Shown here one piece after another: positions 48,284 to 59,590 of a stretch of 64,000 nucleotides of DNA. This DNA comes from Fervidobacterium sp. (GTDB taxonomy: Bacteria > Thermotogota > Thermotogae > Thermotogales > Fervidobacteriaceae). The stretch covers positions 64,001-128,000 of the forward strand of contig JBMFNR010000003.1 of assembly GCA_049970055.1 (NCBI GenBank), read 5' to 3'. A program made the position numbers and the translations under genes. Position 1 is the stretch's first letter; every line of letters starts with the position of its first letter. Below the pieces are notes generated by a model, which saw only the letters and a list, made by a program, of their open reading frames with translations, searched no databases and had not been told where the DNA came from.

Positions 48284-50452
48284 TTATTTAAGTCCAGTTC
48301 TAGCAATACCTTTAACGAAGTATTTTTGTGTAAACAAGAAGATTATTACAACCGGTAATATACTAAACGTTGCTGCTGCCATGAGCATATTGTAAAGTGT
48401 CCCTACCTCAGAACTAAACGTTTGCAAACCAACAGTTAAAGTTCTGTACTTTGGACTATTAGTAACAATTAACACCCAAAGGAAAGAATTCCAACTTCCA
48501 ACAAATTTCAAAAGGGCGGTTGTTATAACTACTGGTTTGCTCAACGGAACTACAATCTGCCACAAAAACCTCCAATGTGAACATCCATCAATCTTTGCCG
48601 CATCGAAGAGCTCACCTGGTAGACTTAAGAAATGTTGCCTCATAAGGAATATTGAGAAAACACTAACGACCCAAGGAACTATCAGTGCGTAATACGTATC
48701 TATCCAACCAAGTTTTGTTACTGTTATAAAGTTCGGAACGAGTAAAACTTCACCTGGTACCATCATTGTTGCAAGGAATATACTGAACAGTATATCTTTT
48801 CCAGGAAAGTTCATCCATGAAAACGCGTAAGCCGCCATTGCTGAGATAATTATTTCAAGCACTGTTGTAACTGTAGCTATGAAAATTGTATTGAGGTAAT
48901 ATCTTCCAAATGGTGCTGCTTTCCAAGCAAGAACATAATTTTGAAAAACGTTTTTAAACACATCTACTCCTGAAAACTTAACATGTACTGTCTTTATGTT
49001 ATCATCCATGAAATACACAGGTTCTACTCCATCCATTACTATTTCTATGTTCTTACCTTCTTTAACAAGGACAGATTTTACAAAATCCGGTGCATTCACA
49101 ACATTCCATGCGTAAACGGCACTTTCGTAAGCGCTCCTTAATTTTTGCAGCTCAAGCGTTTTTATTGCAATATCTTTGAAGAGCTCATCAGAATTCTCAA
49201 TTTCCTGACTATAAGCTCGGAGTTTTGAACTAGCGGAGCTGAACGTGAGATTAAAGCCAACAATAAAACCAATTTTGTCCATGAAATCTGTAAATGTGCT
49301 ATTGAGTTCTTTCTGAACATCCATTTTGTTCTCCATTGCAGTATTTATAACAGAGCTGATAAGTGATTTAATATTCGCAAGGTCAGCTCCGCTGATATTG
49401 TATTTTTTAATTATCTGTCCGTCTGTTTCCTTTGCAAATTCATCGACAAGATTCATCAAACCTTCTTTTTCCAATATTGCTTTTACCAACTTGAAGTCTG
49501 TTAAATCTTTAACATTTTCGAGAAATAAATTTTTTCTCTCATCCTCTGTCATTGGTTTCGCAACGATATCTTTTTCAACAATTTTGTCCTGCAGGCTTAC
49601 AAAGTATTTATACGTACTCAAGAAGAAATCTATATTTTCTAGATACTTGTAAATCATACTCTTAATTGAACTGTTGTAGTTATCTGAGACCTCATTTGCT
49701 CCCGTATAAGTAAGGTCGTAACTGAATAAGATACTTCTTATTTCCTCAAGTTCGTTTATTCCAAGGATAAGGCTCTCACCTGCTTTGAATTTTTGCAACT
49801 TTGTTTTTAAGTCTTGTAACTGCTTTGTTTTTTCCGTTAAAAATGCCGAAAATTTTTCTTTTTCGTTTTTGTCTTCTATTCTGTCAACGCCAAACGTAAG
49901 TATTGTATCAATCCCATCCAAGAGTGTGTCAATACTTCCCAGCAACGTTTCCATAAAAGTGTCTCTTTTAAACATAGGATTTGAGCCAGAAATGTATCTC
50001 AAAAGAACACTTTCAAAAAATTGATCTGGATTATTTTTAAAATCTTCACTAAAACTGAACTCAGTTGGTAACTTCAAAGTATTTAAAAAACTCTGGAATT
50101 TTTGAATATCCACTTTTTGCGCGTATGTTTTTCCTTTCAAGGGTATTGTTATGGTACCTCTGTAAAAGGGATCATCGTTGACTACAAATACTAATCCCTG
50201 TGTTTTCTTGGCAACGAATGTAAGGGCTTCCCTTAAACTTAATCCCTTTACAGTGGATGTTGTTCCTGTTGACGGGATGACTTTTACGTATCTTTGTGAT
50301 GCAAAAGATCTAGTTGTCCATCGAGGTGGCCAAGAATTTACCTCAGATGGTAGTTTAAAAGAAGTTACAAGCATCCAAGCAAAGGGGGCTATCATGACAA
50401 CAGTTCCAATTATCAAAAGAAAGTAAACGAACAATTTTCTTAATTCTCTCAT
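48284..50452 (-). CDS. Carbohydrate ABC permease (MalG-type) with a ~455-aa insertion
   Basis: PFAWMLVTSFK at the N-terminus; EAA loop ELFDAAKIDGC, PLSKP, WNSFLW at the C-terminus. Confidence 0.9.
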   Translation of the reverse strand: MRELRKLFVYFLLIIGTVVMIAPFAWMLVTSFKLPSEVNSWPPRWTTRSFASQRYVKVIPSTGTTSTVKGLSLREALTFVAKKTQGLVFVVNDDPFYRGTITIPLKGKTYAQKVDIQKFQSFLNTLKLPTEFSFSEDFKNNPDQFFESVLLRYISGSNPMFKRDTFMETLLGSIDTLLDGIDTILTFGVDRIEDKNEKEKFSAFLTEKTKQLQDLKTKLQKFKAGESLILGINELEEIRSILFSYDLTYTGANEVSDNYNSSIKSMIYKYLENIDFFLSTYKYFVSLQDKIVEKDIVAKPMTEDERKNLFLENVKDLTDFKLVKAILEKEGLMNLVDEFAKETDGQIIKKYNISGADLANIKSLISSVINTAMENKMDVQKELNSTFTDFMDKIGFIVGFNLTFSSASSKLRAYSQEIENSDELFKDIAIKTLELQKLRSAYESAVYAWNVVNAPDFVKSVLVKEGKNIEIVMDGVEPVYFMDDNIKTVHVKFSGVDVFKNVFQNYVLAWKAAPFGRYYLNTIFIATVTTVLEIIISAMAAYAFSWMNFPGKDILFSIFLATMMVPGEVLLVPNFITVTKLGWIDTYYALIVPWVVSVFSIFLMRQHFLSLPGELFDAAKIDGCSHWRFLWQIVVPLSKPVVITTALLKFVGSWNSFLWVLIVTNSPKYRTLTVGLQTFSSEVGTLYNMLMAAATFSILPVVIIFLFTQKYFVKGIARTGLK

Positions 50453-50464
50453 ACACTGTCCCCC

Positions 50465-51781
50465 TTAACTCACGTATTCTACTACTTTATCGCCAACACG
50501 ATATTGGATAATGGTAAAGACAAGAATAACCATGAAAAGCAAGTACGCTGCCGCACTCGCAATCCCCATTCTTTGCTGGCGATAGAATAAGTCAAAGACG
50601 TAATAAACCATTGTCATACCGCTGTTACCATATGGACCTGGTAGGCCATCGTATAAAACAAATACCTCTTGGAAAACTTTGAACGCTCCAATCACCGATA
50701 CTATGAGTAAGAAAAACGTTGTTGGTGAAAGTAAAGGCCATGTGATTTTTAGAAATTTTTGAATACTATTTGCACCATCGACATCAGCTGCTTCATAGTA
50801 AAATGTATCTATATTTTGAAGCCCTGCTAAAAATATCATCGCATTGTACCCTACGCTCTTCCAAATGGAAACAATACTTACTGTTGGTATTGTCCACCTT
50901 GCATCTTTTAACCACTTCACGGGTTGAAGACCAATAGTTGACAAAATGTAATTTAAAAGCCCGACGTCGTCGTTGTAAATCCACTTCCAGATAAGTCCAA
51001 CAGCAACAGATGAAGTTACAAATGGTATGAAAAATGCTGTTCTAAAAAATGCCTTTACTCTTATATCTTGGTTCAGCAATAAGGCAATTAACAGTGCCAA
51101 GGTTAAGCCAACTGGTACCGTTAAAACAACGTAGTAAGTTGTATTAACGAGAGCTTTAAAAAATAAATTTTTTTCCGCAGCATCGAGCATGTAATCTATA
51201 AGTCCGTAACTTACCCCATTAAAGAATGCAGAATATCTGAACTCAGTAAATATATATGCAACTATACCTATCGCAGCTGCTAACCAAGCATGTTCAGTCA
51301 TAAGATTTCTATCGGGTACTTTCGTTTTGAACAAAACGAAAATCAAGATGTAAAGTACTACGTCAAAAATTAAAACAAAAAGTGGACTCACGTTGTTTTT
51401 CACTACAAAATAAGTTATTATCGAAATTATGGAGAGGAGAGTGCTACCTTCAACTCTCTTTTTTCTGAAAATATCTATCACGCCAAAAATTGCAAATACA
51501 ATTAATATAGAGATAGCTATGTACATAAAACTGTAAATAAGTCCTAAGTGAAATGGAAATTTAACAGGATAGTCGAACTTTAAGACTTCTTTGTAATTCC
51601 CCAATCCATAGAAATATGGGCTTTTCATATTTCTAAAATCCCACTTGAAAAAACTTAATACAAATGAAAATCCTACAGGCCAAAATGTGAACACGGAAAG
51701 AACAACAAGTGCAGGTAATAAGAACAAATAAGCCAGTAAGCTCTCTTTAAATTTCCTTACACTTACCTTTGTCACACTCAC
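50465..51781 (-). CDS. Carbohydrate ABC permease (MalF-type) with an extra hydrophobic insertion
   Basis: AYLFLLP, GL.NY, EAA loop YYEAADVDGA, ITWPLLSP, GIASAAA. Confidence 0.9.
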   Translation of the reverse strand: MSVTKVSVRKFKESLLAYLFLLPALVVLSVFTFWPVGFSFVLSFFKWDFRNMKSPYFYGLGNYKEVLKFDYPVKFPFHLGLIYSFMYIAISILIVFAIFGVIDIFRKKRVEGSTLLSIISIITYFVVKNNVSPLFVLIFDVVLYILIFVLFKTKVPDRNLMTEHAWLAAAIGIVAYIFTEFRYSAFFNGVSYGLIDYMLDAAEKNLFFKALVNTTYYVVLTVPVGLTLALLIALLLNQDIRVKAFFRTAFFIPFVTSSVAVGLIWKWIYNDDVGLLNYILSTIGLQPVKWLKDARWTIPTVSIVSIWKSVGYNAMIFLAGLQNIDTFYYEAADVDGANSIQKFLKITWPLLSPTTFFLLIVSVIGAFKVFQEVFVLYDGLPGPYGNSGMTMVYYVFDLFYRQQRMGIASAAAYLLFMVILVFTIIQYRVGDKVVEYVS

Positions 51782-51826
51782 ACCCCCAGTGTACTAGATG
51801 TATTTGCATTATCGTTTACAAATCGT

Positions 51827-53203
51827 TTACAAAATATAGGCCGATAGATTTTCATCTTTTACAATTTCATCAAGCTTTCTTGTAACGTAATCCTTGTCTA
51901 TTACTATCTTCTTTTGCTCAATTTCCGGAGCTTGGAACATTATGTCTTCAAGTACCTTTTCTACAACTGTGTACAGTCTTCTCGCGCCGATGTTCTCCAT
52001 TTTCTCGTTTAAATGATAAGCTATTCTTGCCAATTCATTTATTGCATCATTTGTAAAATCAAGTTCAATACCTTCTGTGTAAAGTAATGCCTTGTATTGC
52101 TTAAGCAAGGCGTTTTCTGGTTCTGTAAGTATTCTTACAAAATCTTCTTGCCTTAATGGCTCAAGTTCAACTCTTATTGGGAAGCGCCCTTGCAGCTCTG
52201 GGATCAAATCTGTAGGTTTTGACATGTGGAATGCACCAGCACCGATGAATAGTATGTAATCTGTCCTTACAGGTCCGTACCTTGTTGTCACAGTGGTACC
52301 CTCCACAATTGGAAGTAAATCTCTTTGTACACCTTGCCGTGAAACATCAGGTCCATGCGATTGCCCTGTACCAACAACTTTATCAAGCTCATCTATAAAT
52401 ATTATTCCACGCTCTTGAGCAAGTCCAAGAGCCTTTTGAATAACTTCATCTATATCAATTATCTTTTCTGATTCTATGGGTGTTAATATTCTTCGCGCCT
52501 CAGAAATCTTCATCCTTCTTTTTCTCTTTTGTTTGGGAAGAATGTTTCCAAGTATTTGAGAGAAATCTATTCCCATATCTTCCATATCTGGCATACCTAT
52601 GAATCCTAAACCGGGTTGATTGACTTCAACATCTATTTCAATTTCCACGTCCTCAAGTTCACCGTTTGCAAGCTTTTCTCTCAATTCTGCACGCCTTCGT
52701 CTTGTATCTTGCTCTTCCGGTTGCTCTTGAACAGTTTGAAAGCCGAAGATATTCGCAAAAGGAACACTTTGCTTTTTTGTTGGTACGAGCGCGTCAAGGA
52801 TGCGTTCCTCAACAAGACTCTTTACCTTTGGTTCAACTTCTTTAATTTTCTCTTGTTTTACCATGTTAACTGCTATCTCTACGAGGTCTCTTATCATAGA
52901 ATCTACGTTTTTTCCTACGTAACCAACTTCTGTAAACTTGGTTGCCTCAACTTTTAAGAATGGTGAGCCAGATATTTGGGCAAGCCTTCTCGCAATTTCA
53001 GTCTTACCAACACCTGTTGGACCTATTAAAAGAATATTTTTTGGTACGACTTCTTTTCTCCACTCTTCTGGAAGCCTTTGCCTTCGAATTCTATTCCTGA
53101 TAGCAATTGCTACTGCTTTTTTAGCTTCTTTCTGTCCTATGATATACTTATCAAGTTCTTCAACAATCTGTCTCGGTGTTAACTCATCGAAATTTGTTAT
53201 CAT
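51827..53203 (-). CDS. hslU: ATP-dependent protease ATPase subunit HslU
   Basis: LTPRQIV.ELD, GPTGVGKTE, GYVG, VQRDLLP, GRFPIRVEL, NIGARRL, YIL. Confidence 0.96.
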   Translation of the reverse strand: MITNFDELTPRQIVEELDKYIIGQKEAKKAVAIAIRNRIRRQRLPEEWRKEVVPKNILLIGPTGVGKTEIARRLAQISGSPFLKVEATKFTEVGYVGKNVDSMIRDLVEIAVNMVKQEKIKEVEPKVKSLVEERILDALVPTKKQSVPFANIFGFQTVQEQPEEQDTRRRRAELREKLANGELEDVEIEIDVEVNQPGLGFIGMPDMEDMGIDFSQILGNILPKQKRKRRMKISEARRILTPIESEKIIDIDEVIQKALGLAQERGIIFIDELDKVVGTGQSHGPDVSRQGVQRDLLPIVEGTTVTTRYGPVRTDYILFIGAGAFHMSKPTDLIPELQGRFPIRVELEPLRQEDFVRILTEPENALLKQYKALLYTEGIELDFTNDAINELARIAYHLNEKMENIGARRLYTVVEKVLEDIMFQAPEIEQKKIVIDKDYVTRKLDEIVKDENLSAYIL

Positions 53204-53228
53204 ACTTGTACCTCCTTTGTTGTGTTTT

Positions 53229-54464
53229 TTATACTTTGATGTCTTCTAATCCAATTCTAAGTTCTTTATCAGGTGTTACATATGTTAACGACCATTGACC
53301 AGTAATGATTTCTTCATAAATTTTTTGCACATCCTCCTGAGTAACTTGCTTAATTCTTTCTGTGAGTTCTTCGATAGTTTTTGCTTCAATATCATTTGTT
53401 ATGTATTGAATATATAGCGACGTAAGAGCAGAGGTACTTTCAGTAAGTAATTCAAGCGAGCCAAGAAGTCTTCTCTTACCGTAATCAAACACCTTTTTCG
53501 TCAACTTAAAGTTTTTGAGAAGATTGAATAATTCTTTAACCAACCTTTTTGCATTTTCTGTGGAAGTTGCTGCATATATGGAATAAACTCCCCATTCTTT
53601 TGATTGTATGTTACTTGTCGATATATCATAAACAAGTCCCCTCTTTTCTCTGATATACTCAAAAAGCACAGAACTCATTCCACTTCCTAGTAATGTGTTA
53701 AGGACCATCGCGGGGTAAGTTTTTTCCTCTTCAGACAGTGAAATTCCCGGGTGTGAGAACAAAAAGTGTACTTGCTGCGTTTCACTAAACTTGTCGCAGA
53801 CTATCCCTTCCTTTAGGAAAGACTTATGTTTGGCTGTCTTGAATCCGTCCTCCAGATTCAGACTTTGCAATATTTTTAAGTCTCTTGATTCTACGTAACC
53901 TGCGATTATAACTTTAACATTGTAGGGGGTATACATGTCTTTATGGAAATTTATGATATCATCTTTTGTTATACTCTTTATCGTTCCCTCTGTTCCTATT
54001 ATAGATTTTGAATGCGGTCCATCTATTAAATTCTCAAAGAACTTATTGAATAACCTTTGTTCAGGAATTTCTTGCTCTGAGTAATATTCTTGAAGTATAA
54101 TACTTCTTTCCATTTCCACGTTGTTTTCAGTGAACTCGGGCTCAAAGACAAGTTCTCTTAGAATTCGGAATGCTGTTTTAAAAAATGTTGATGGAACTTT
54201 TGCATAGTAAACCGTGCTTTCTTTATCTGTCCAAGCATTCAGTACACCTCCAACTTGCTCAATTGGAAGCTTTATTTGTTTGAGTGTTCGTTTCTTAGTT
54301 TTTCGAAAAGCCGTATGTTCTATAAAATGAGAGATACCGAGTAAATGGTCCGGTTCATAAACCGAACCAGTTCCAACTATGAAAGCGATTGTAACCGATC
54401 TTACACCCTTTATTTCATAGTAGAAGATGTTTTCAGATAGTTGCTTAACCATTCTCTTGTTCAA
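53229..54464 (-). CDS. M16-family zinc peptidase
   Basis: Inverted zincin [26 protein letters not shown]; follows pnp. Confidence 0.92.
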   Translation of the reverse strand: MNKRMVKQLSENIFYYEIKGVRSVTIAFIVGTGSVYEPDHLLGISHFIEHTAFRKTKKRTLKQIKLPIEQVGGVLNAWTDKESTVYYAKVPSTFFKTAFRILRELVFEPEFTENNVEMERSIILQEYYSEQEIPEQRLFNKFFENLIDGPHSKSIIGTEGTIKSITKDDIINFHKDMYTPYNVKVIIAGYVESRDLKILQSLNLEDGFKTAKHKSFLKEGIVCDKFSETQQVHFLFSHPGISLSEEEKTYPAMVLNTLLGSGMSSVLFEYIREKRGLVYDISTSNIQSKEWGVYSIYAATSTENAKRLVKELFNLLKNFKLTKKVFDYGKRRLLGSLELLTESTSALTSLYIQYITNDIEAKTIEELTERIKQVTQEDVQKIYEEIITGQWSLTYVTPDKELRIGLEDIKV

Positions 54465-56535
54465 TCCTCCTAAATTGAAGTCTACCAGCTTCGTCGATGT
54501 TGATAACTTCTACCTTTATAATGTCACCAACTTTGAATGAAGTTGGTTTAGCATTTCCAAGTTTACTTGCATGTGTCAGTCCAATCTTACCTGGCATAAT
54601 TTCAACGAATATACCATAATTCTCAACCCTTGTTACCTTTCCAGTATAAACATCGCCAACTTTTACATCTCTGAACATATTTTTAATGTATTCAACTGCT
54701 TCTTGTACCTTATCTGCATTTACACCACTAACTGTTACTTTTCCAGAAGAATCATCAATAGAAATCTCAACATCGAACATCTTTATTATAGACTTTATCG
54801 TTTTTCCACCAGGACCTATGAGCTCCCCGGATCTTGTTGGATCAATAAAGAACCAACTGATCCTTGGAGCGTAAGGTGAAAGTTCTTTGCGTGGTTCAGA
54901 AATAGTTGCGTACAGCTTATCAAGAATGAACATTCTTGCTTCCCGAGCTTGATATAGTGCTTCTCTTAGCAGATTCTCACTTACGCCTGATACTTTACAG
55001 TCCATCTGGAATGCCGTTATTCCATCCTTTGTTCCTGCTACTTTAAAGTCCATGTCACCCCAGTGGTCTTCAAGACCTATTATATCTGTTAGTATGATAC
55101 CCTTTCCCTCTTCAAGTATAAGTCCCATTGCAACACCCGCTACATGTTTTTTAATTGGTACTCCGGCATCCATAAGCGCGAGTGAGCCGGAACAAACCGT
55201 TGCCATAGATGAAGAACCGTTAGATTCAAGTATTTCAGACACAACCCTGATAACATAAGGGAATTCATCTTCAGGTGGAATTACTGCTTTAAGCGCTCTT
55301 TCAGCAAGGTGTCCATGACCTATTTCTCTTCTACTGGGACCTCTCAATGGTTTGACCTCACCTGTCGAGAACGGTGGAAAGTTATAATGTAGCATAAATC
55401 TCTTTGTTCCTTCTTCTAAGAGTGTATCTATAATCTGTTCTTCAGCTGGAGAACCAAGGGTTACGATACCAAGACTCTGCGTTTCACCTCTTGTAAATAA
55501 TGATGAACCGTGTGTTCTTGGAAGAAGTCCAACTTCACAAGTAATAGGCCTTATATCTTTTGGACCTCTACCGTCAGCTCTAATGCCTCGCTCAATTATA
55601 ATTTTTCTCATCAGCTTCTTAGAAACTTCATCGTACTTCTCTTTCAGTGGTATCACATATTCCTCCTGTTCTTCTTCTGGTATACTGTTATCTTCAAAGA
55701 ATTTTTTAACTATGCTTTCGTAATATTCATCTGCCATCTCAGCACGTTCTTGCTTGCCCCTGGCGAATATGCGTTTTTCTAGTTCGCTCATATCTATGTA
55801 TTCAGCAAATTTCTCAATTAATTCGACGTTGTATTTGGGCTCAGGTAATGCCATTTTTTCAACGTTGAATTCCTTTAGAATTTCCTCTTGGAATGTTACA
55901 ATCTCTTTTATAGCCTCATGGGCAGTCATAAGTGCTTTGAGCATTTCTTCTTCACTTACTTCTTTTGCTTCACCCTCAACCATTGTTATTGCGTCCTTCG
56001 TGCCAGCAACGACAATATCAATCTTACTTCTCTCAAGTTGCTCAGCATTTGGAAACACGATAAACTCACCGTCTACGTAGCCAATCTGTACTCCTGCCAC
56101 GATACCATCGAATGGGATCTTCGAAATATTCAAAGCAAGTGAAACAGCAGCTACCCCAAGTATATCTGTAGGACAATCTGGATCGACAGATAGAACTGTG
56201 ACGATAACTTGAACTTCGTTTCTTAAATTTTTTGGGAAGAGAGGTCTAATGGGCCTATCTATAAGCCGCGAAGAAAGTATCCCACTTTCAGATGGTTTAC
56301 TTTCACGTTTAACAAACCCGCCAGGGATCTTACCAGCAGCGTAAAATTTCTCCATGAATTCAACTGTCAGTGGCACAAAATCTATGCCTTCAGCAGTCTT
56401 ATCAGAAACGTTAACAGTTGCTAGTACAACGCTATCGCCAAATCTTGCCCAGATTGAACCAGCCGATTGTTTTGCAACTTTTCCATGCTGGAATACCCAT
56501 TCTTTTCCAAACAACGTTTTTTTCCACTCTTTCAT
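54445..56535 (-). CDS. pnp: Polyribonucleotide nucleotidyltransferase
   Basis: [41 protein letters not shown] and S1 domains. Start at ATG 56535 behind AGGAGG. Confidence 0.97.
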   Translation of the reverse strand: MKEWKKTLFGKEWVFQHGKVAKQSAGSIWARFGDSVVLATVNVSDKTAEGIDFVPLTVEFMEKFYAAGKIPGGFVKRESKPSESGILSSRLIDRPIRPLFPKNLRNEVQVIVTVLSVDPDCPTDILGVAAVSLALNISKIPFDGIVAGVQIGYVDGEFIVFPNAEQLERSKIDIVVAGTKDAITMVEGEAKEVSEEEMLKALMTAHEAIKEIVTFQEEILKEFNVEKMALPEPKYNVELIEKFAEYIDMSELEKRIFARGKQERAEMADEYYESIVKKFFEDNSIPEEEQEEYVIPLKEKYDEVSKKLMRKIIIERGIRADGRGPKDIRPITCEVGLLPRTHGSSLFTRGETQSLGIVTLGSPAEEQIIDTLLEEGTKRFMLHYNFPPFSTGEVKPLRGPSRREIGHGHLAERALKAVIPPEDEFPYVIRVVSEILESNGSSSMATVCSGSLALMDAGVPIKKHVAGVAMGLILEEGKGIILTDIIGLEDHWGDMDFKVAGTKDGITAFQMDCKVSGVSENLLREALYQAREARMFILDKLYATISEPRKELSPYAPRISWFFIDPTRSGELIGPGGKTIKSIIKMFDVEISIDDSSGKVTVSGVNADKVQEAVEYIKNMFRDVKVGDVYTGKVTRVENYGIFVEIMPGKIGLTHASKLGNAKPTSFKVGDIIKVEVINIDEAGRLQFRRIEQENG

Positions 56536-56648
56536 ATACATACCTCCTACAATATCAGCATTTATCAGCAATATTTATCATATAATTTTATCATACAATT
56601 TACTATAAATGAATATATGAGCGCAAAAATAAAAAAATGCAAAAATCA

Positions 56649-56686
56649 AAAAAACACAAAAGCAGTTGGAAAACCAACTGCCTTTT
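56649..56686 (-). terminator. Intrinsic terminator ending the rnf operon after rnfA
   Basis: GCAGTTGG-aaaa-CCAACTGC stem; the minus-strand tail is TTTTGTGTTTTTT. Confidence 0.8.
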
Positions 56687-56707
56687 CATTTTACATTCAG
56701 GAAAGAT

Positions 56708-57280
56708 TTATTTTATCATGCCTTGGAATCCCATGAATGCAAGGGACAGAAGTGACGCAGTTATCATGGAAATAGGAAGGTTTTGGAATGGTTTCGGAAT
56801 ATCATACAGTTCCAAACGCTCTCGAATTGTTGAAAATATTATCAAAGCAAGTAAAAATCCCATTCCCGCACCAAGTGCGTTGAAAATAGCCTCAAATAGG
56901 TTGTACTTAGATAAGCTGTTAACAATAGCGATGCCAAGGATGATACAGTTCGTTGTAATCAATGGAAGGTATATACCAAGCGCTTCGTAAAGCGTCGGAT
57001 TATTCTTTTTCAGGAATGCTTCAACAAATTGAACAAACGTGGCGATGATTAATATGAATACAATCGTTCTCAAAAACTCAAGATGCATTGCTATAAGTGC
57101 AATATCTAAAAACCAAGAAATAGCGGACGACATTACAAGAACAAATAAGACGGCAAGTCCCATGCCAAGTGCCGTTGATACCCTTTTTGAAACTCCTAAA
57201 AATGGACATATACCAAGAAATCTTACAAAAACATAGTTATTTATAAGCATTGCCGAGAGTAAGATTAGAAATAGTTTCAT
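56708..57280 (-). CDS. rnfA: Rnf complex subunit A
   Basis: FLGICPFLGVS, LGIYLPLITTNC, IRER, AFMGF. Confidence 0.94.
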   Translation of the reverse strand: MKLFLILLSAMLINNYVFVRFLGICPFLGVSKRVSTALGMGLAVLFVLVMSSAISWFLDIALIAMHLEFLRTIVFILIIATFVQFVEAFLKKNNPTLYEALGIYLPLITTNCIILGIAIVNSLSKYNLFEAIFNALGAGMGFLLALIIFSTIRERLELYDIPKPFQNLPISMITASLLSLAFMGFQGMIK

Positions 57281-57927
57281 TTTGATTCACCTACCTTGGA
57301 AGTTTCAGAGTGTTGTGCCTTCTTTTTTGCTCTTTCTTGATTATTAATAGAAATTGCGGCGAATAATGCGGAGAGTAACCCAAGTGTAAGGTATGCCCCC
57401 GGTGGAAGTATCATAACAAACATGTTAAAAGCTTTACCCCAAACTGAAATATCGAAAATGGAACCATTGCCGAGTAGTTCCCTGATACTTCCAAGTAGTG
57501 TCAAACTCAAAGTGAAGCCGACTCCCATTCCAAGCCCATCTAAGAGTGAATCTACTATACCGTGCTTGGAGGCGTAAGCTTCCGCGCGTCCCATAATGAT
57601 ACAATTGACAACTATAAGTGGTATGAAAAGTCCTAGCGTCTTCCACAAATCGTATGTAAACGCATGCATGAGTAAGTCTACAACCGTAACAAACGTTGCA
57701 ATAACTGTTATAAATATCGGAATTCTTATCTTCTCTGGAACGGTTTTCCTGATTGCTGATATAACAACATTAGACATAACAAGAACAACCGTTGCAGCTA
57801 TACCCATCCCAAAACCATTCTTTGCGCTTGTTGTTGTTGCAAGTGTCGGGCACATTCCGAGTACTTGAACGTATGTTGGGTTTTCTTTTATGATACCCTT
57901 TGTAAATTCTGTGATCTTCAAGGCCAT
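57277..57927 (-). CDS. rnfE: Rnf complex subunit E
   Basis: ENP...LGMCP.LA, PLIVVNC..GRAE, IRELLG, PPGA. Confidence 0.94.
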   Translation of the reverse strand: MALKITEFTKGIIKENPTYVQVLGMCPTLATTTSAKNGFGMGIAATVVLVMSNVVISAIRKTVPEKIRIPIFITVIATFVTVVDLLMHAFTYDLWKTLGLFIPLIVVNCIIMGRAEAYASKHGIVDSLLDGLGMGVGFTLSLTLLGSIRELLGNGSIFDISVWGKAFNMFVMILPPGAYLTLGLLSALFAAISINNQERAKKKAQHSETSKVGESK

Positions 57928-58616
57928 CAGTTACCACCTCCTTGTATATATTTCTCTCTTAAGAATTTGTACATAGCATTTAGTGAACTTACCACAGCTC
58001 TTGGTGTTATTGTAGCACCTGTCATTACATCTGAAACTTTTGCTACACCTACTGTTTTAGCCTCTTCCGGATCAGAAAACTGCTTACCGGAATCTTTATC
58101 AACTTTCAAGCCATTTTTTAGTCCTGATTCTGGTATGGGATAAAACCTAGCTTGGATATTTTGTTCTGCAATCTTCGCACCAAGTCCCGGGGTTTCTTGC
58201 GAGTAATCGAGTACTTTTATTTTGTAGAGCGATAATTCTCCATTTTCGTTCTTGAAAGCTGCCATTGTGAGTACTTTACCACCATATCCAATAGCATAGC
58301 CAGAGAGTACATAGTATTTCACACTGTTCGATTCAAATTCATATACTGGTGAAATTACTGTTCCGAAACCATCCGTGTATAATTCTTTACCCATATCGGT
58401 CCTTTTATCAATTACCGTTTTTTTAATTGTGTCAATATCAACAATTTCTGTACCATCATCGCTTTTTAAAAGAAATTCCATGGATTTTATAACATTATCC
58501 AATTCAGCCTCTGCGATCCTTTGCTCCGTTGTTTGATAAACAAGTGCAAGAGCGATACCAGCAACGAGAGTATAAATCATTAATGTGAGACTAATTTTAA
58601 GTGTCTCTTTTTTCAT
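57927..58616 (-). CDS. rnfG: Rnf complex subunit G
   Basis: N-terminal TM helix, GYGG, ETPGLG, FMN-attachment TGAT. Confidence 0.93.
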   Translation of the reverse strand: MKKETLKISLTLMIYTLVAGIALALVYQTTEQRIAEAELDNVIKSMEFLLKSDDGTEIVDIDTIKKTVIDKRTDMGKELYTDGFGTVISPVYEFESNSVKYYVLSGYAIGYGGKVLTMAAFKNENGELSLYKIKVLDYSQETPGLGAKIAEQNIQARFYPIPESGLKNGLKVDKDSGKQFSDPEEAKTVGVAKVSDVMTGATITPRAVVSSLNAMYKFLREKYIQGGGN

Positions 58617-59590
58617 TGAGCTCGCCTCCCAAATATTTTCGGCTGAGTATACCTATCGATCATCGGTACCAATGCGTTCATAAGTAGAATGGACAAGGAT
58701 ACTCCTTCTGGATATCCCCCAAAATACCTGATAATCATTGTGAGTAGACCACAACCCAAGCCGAAGATCGCTTGCCCTTTTAATGTCATTGGGCTTGTTA
58801 CCATATCAGTTGCCATGAAGAGTGCACCAAGCATGAGCCCACCTGCGAATAAATGGAACATTGGTGAACCAAATTTTTCTGGATTGATGGTATAAAATAC
58901 AGAAGACATCAGAAGTACAGTACCTAAGTATGTGGCAGGTATAATAACTTTGATTCTTCCTCTGAAAACAAGATAGGTAAAACCAATGAGAAGTAGAATT
59001 GCGCTTGTTTCACCTATACATCCTCCGACATTTCCAAAAATAAGATCTACGTAACTTGTGGATTCCATAACTTTATTGAAACCTTGTAACTTCAATATAG
59101 CAAGCGGTGTAGCTGTTGTTTGAGCATCAGCTCCATACCAACCGGTAAATGATGCAAGCGGCCTATACCATGTAGTCATGGCTGTTGGAAATGATATTAA
59201 TAAAAATACCCTTGCTGCCAAAGCAGGGTTGAATATATTCTGTCCCAATCCACCAAAAGCGTGTTTAACAATTGCGATTGCAAATACAACACCTATTATT
59301 AGCACCCACCAAGGCGTTGCTGCGCTTACATTTAGTGCTAGAAGTAATCCTGTCACTGCAGCACTTCCGTTAGGTGTGAACTCTTTATCTTTTCTTAAAA
59401 CACGCATGATGAAAAATTCAATAAGCTCAGCACTTATCATTCCCATGATGGAAAGTAATAATGCGTATAAACCGAAGAAATAAGTTGCTCCAATAATAGC
59501 TGGTACGAGAGCTATCAATACATCGATCATTATCTTTCTTGTCGAATCTTCACTTCTCACGTGTGGTGCACTTGTAGTTAAAAGCTTCAT
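58613..59590 (-). CDS. rnfD: Rnf complex subunit D
   Basis: APH, GGLGQN.FNPA, TTATPL (FMN Thr), GETS, FMATD..TSP. Confidence 0.94.
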   Translation of the reverse strand: MKLLTTSAPHVRSEDSTRKIMIDVLIALVPAIIGATYFFGLYALLLSIMGMISAELIEFFIMRVLRKDKEFTPNGSAAVTGLLLALNVSAATPWWVLIIGVVFAIAIVKHAFGGLGQNIFNPALAARVFLLISFPTAMTTWYRPLASFTGWYGADAQTTATPLAILKLQGFNKVMESTSYVDLIFGNVGGCIGETSAILLLIGFTYLVFRGRIKVIIPATYLGTVLLMSSVFYTINPEKFGSPMFHLFAGGLMLGALFMATDMVTSPMTLKGQAIFGLGCGLLTMIIRYFGGYPEGVSLSILLMNALVPMIDRYTQPKIFGRRAQ

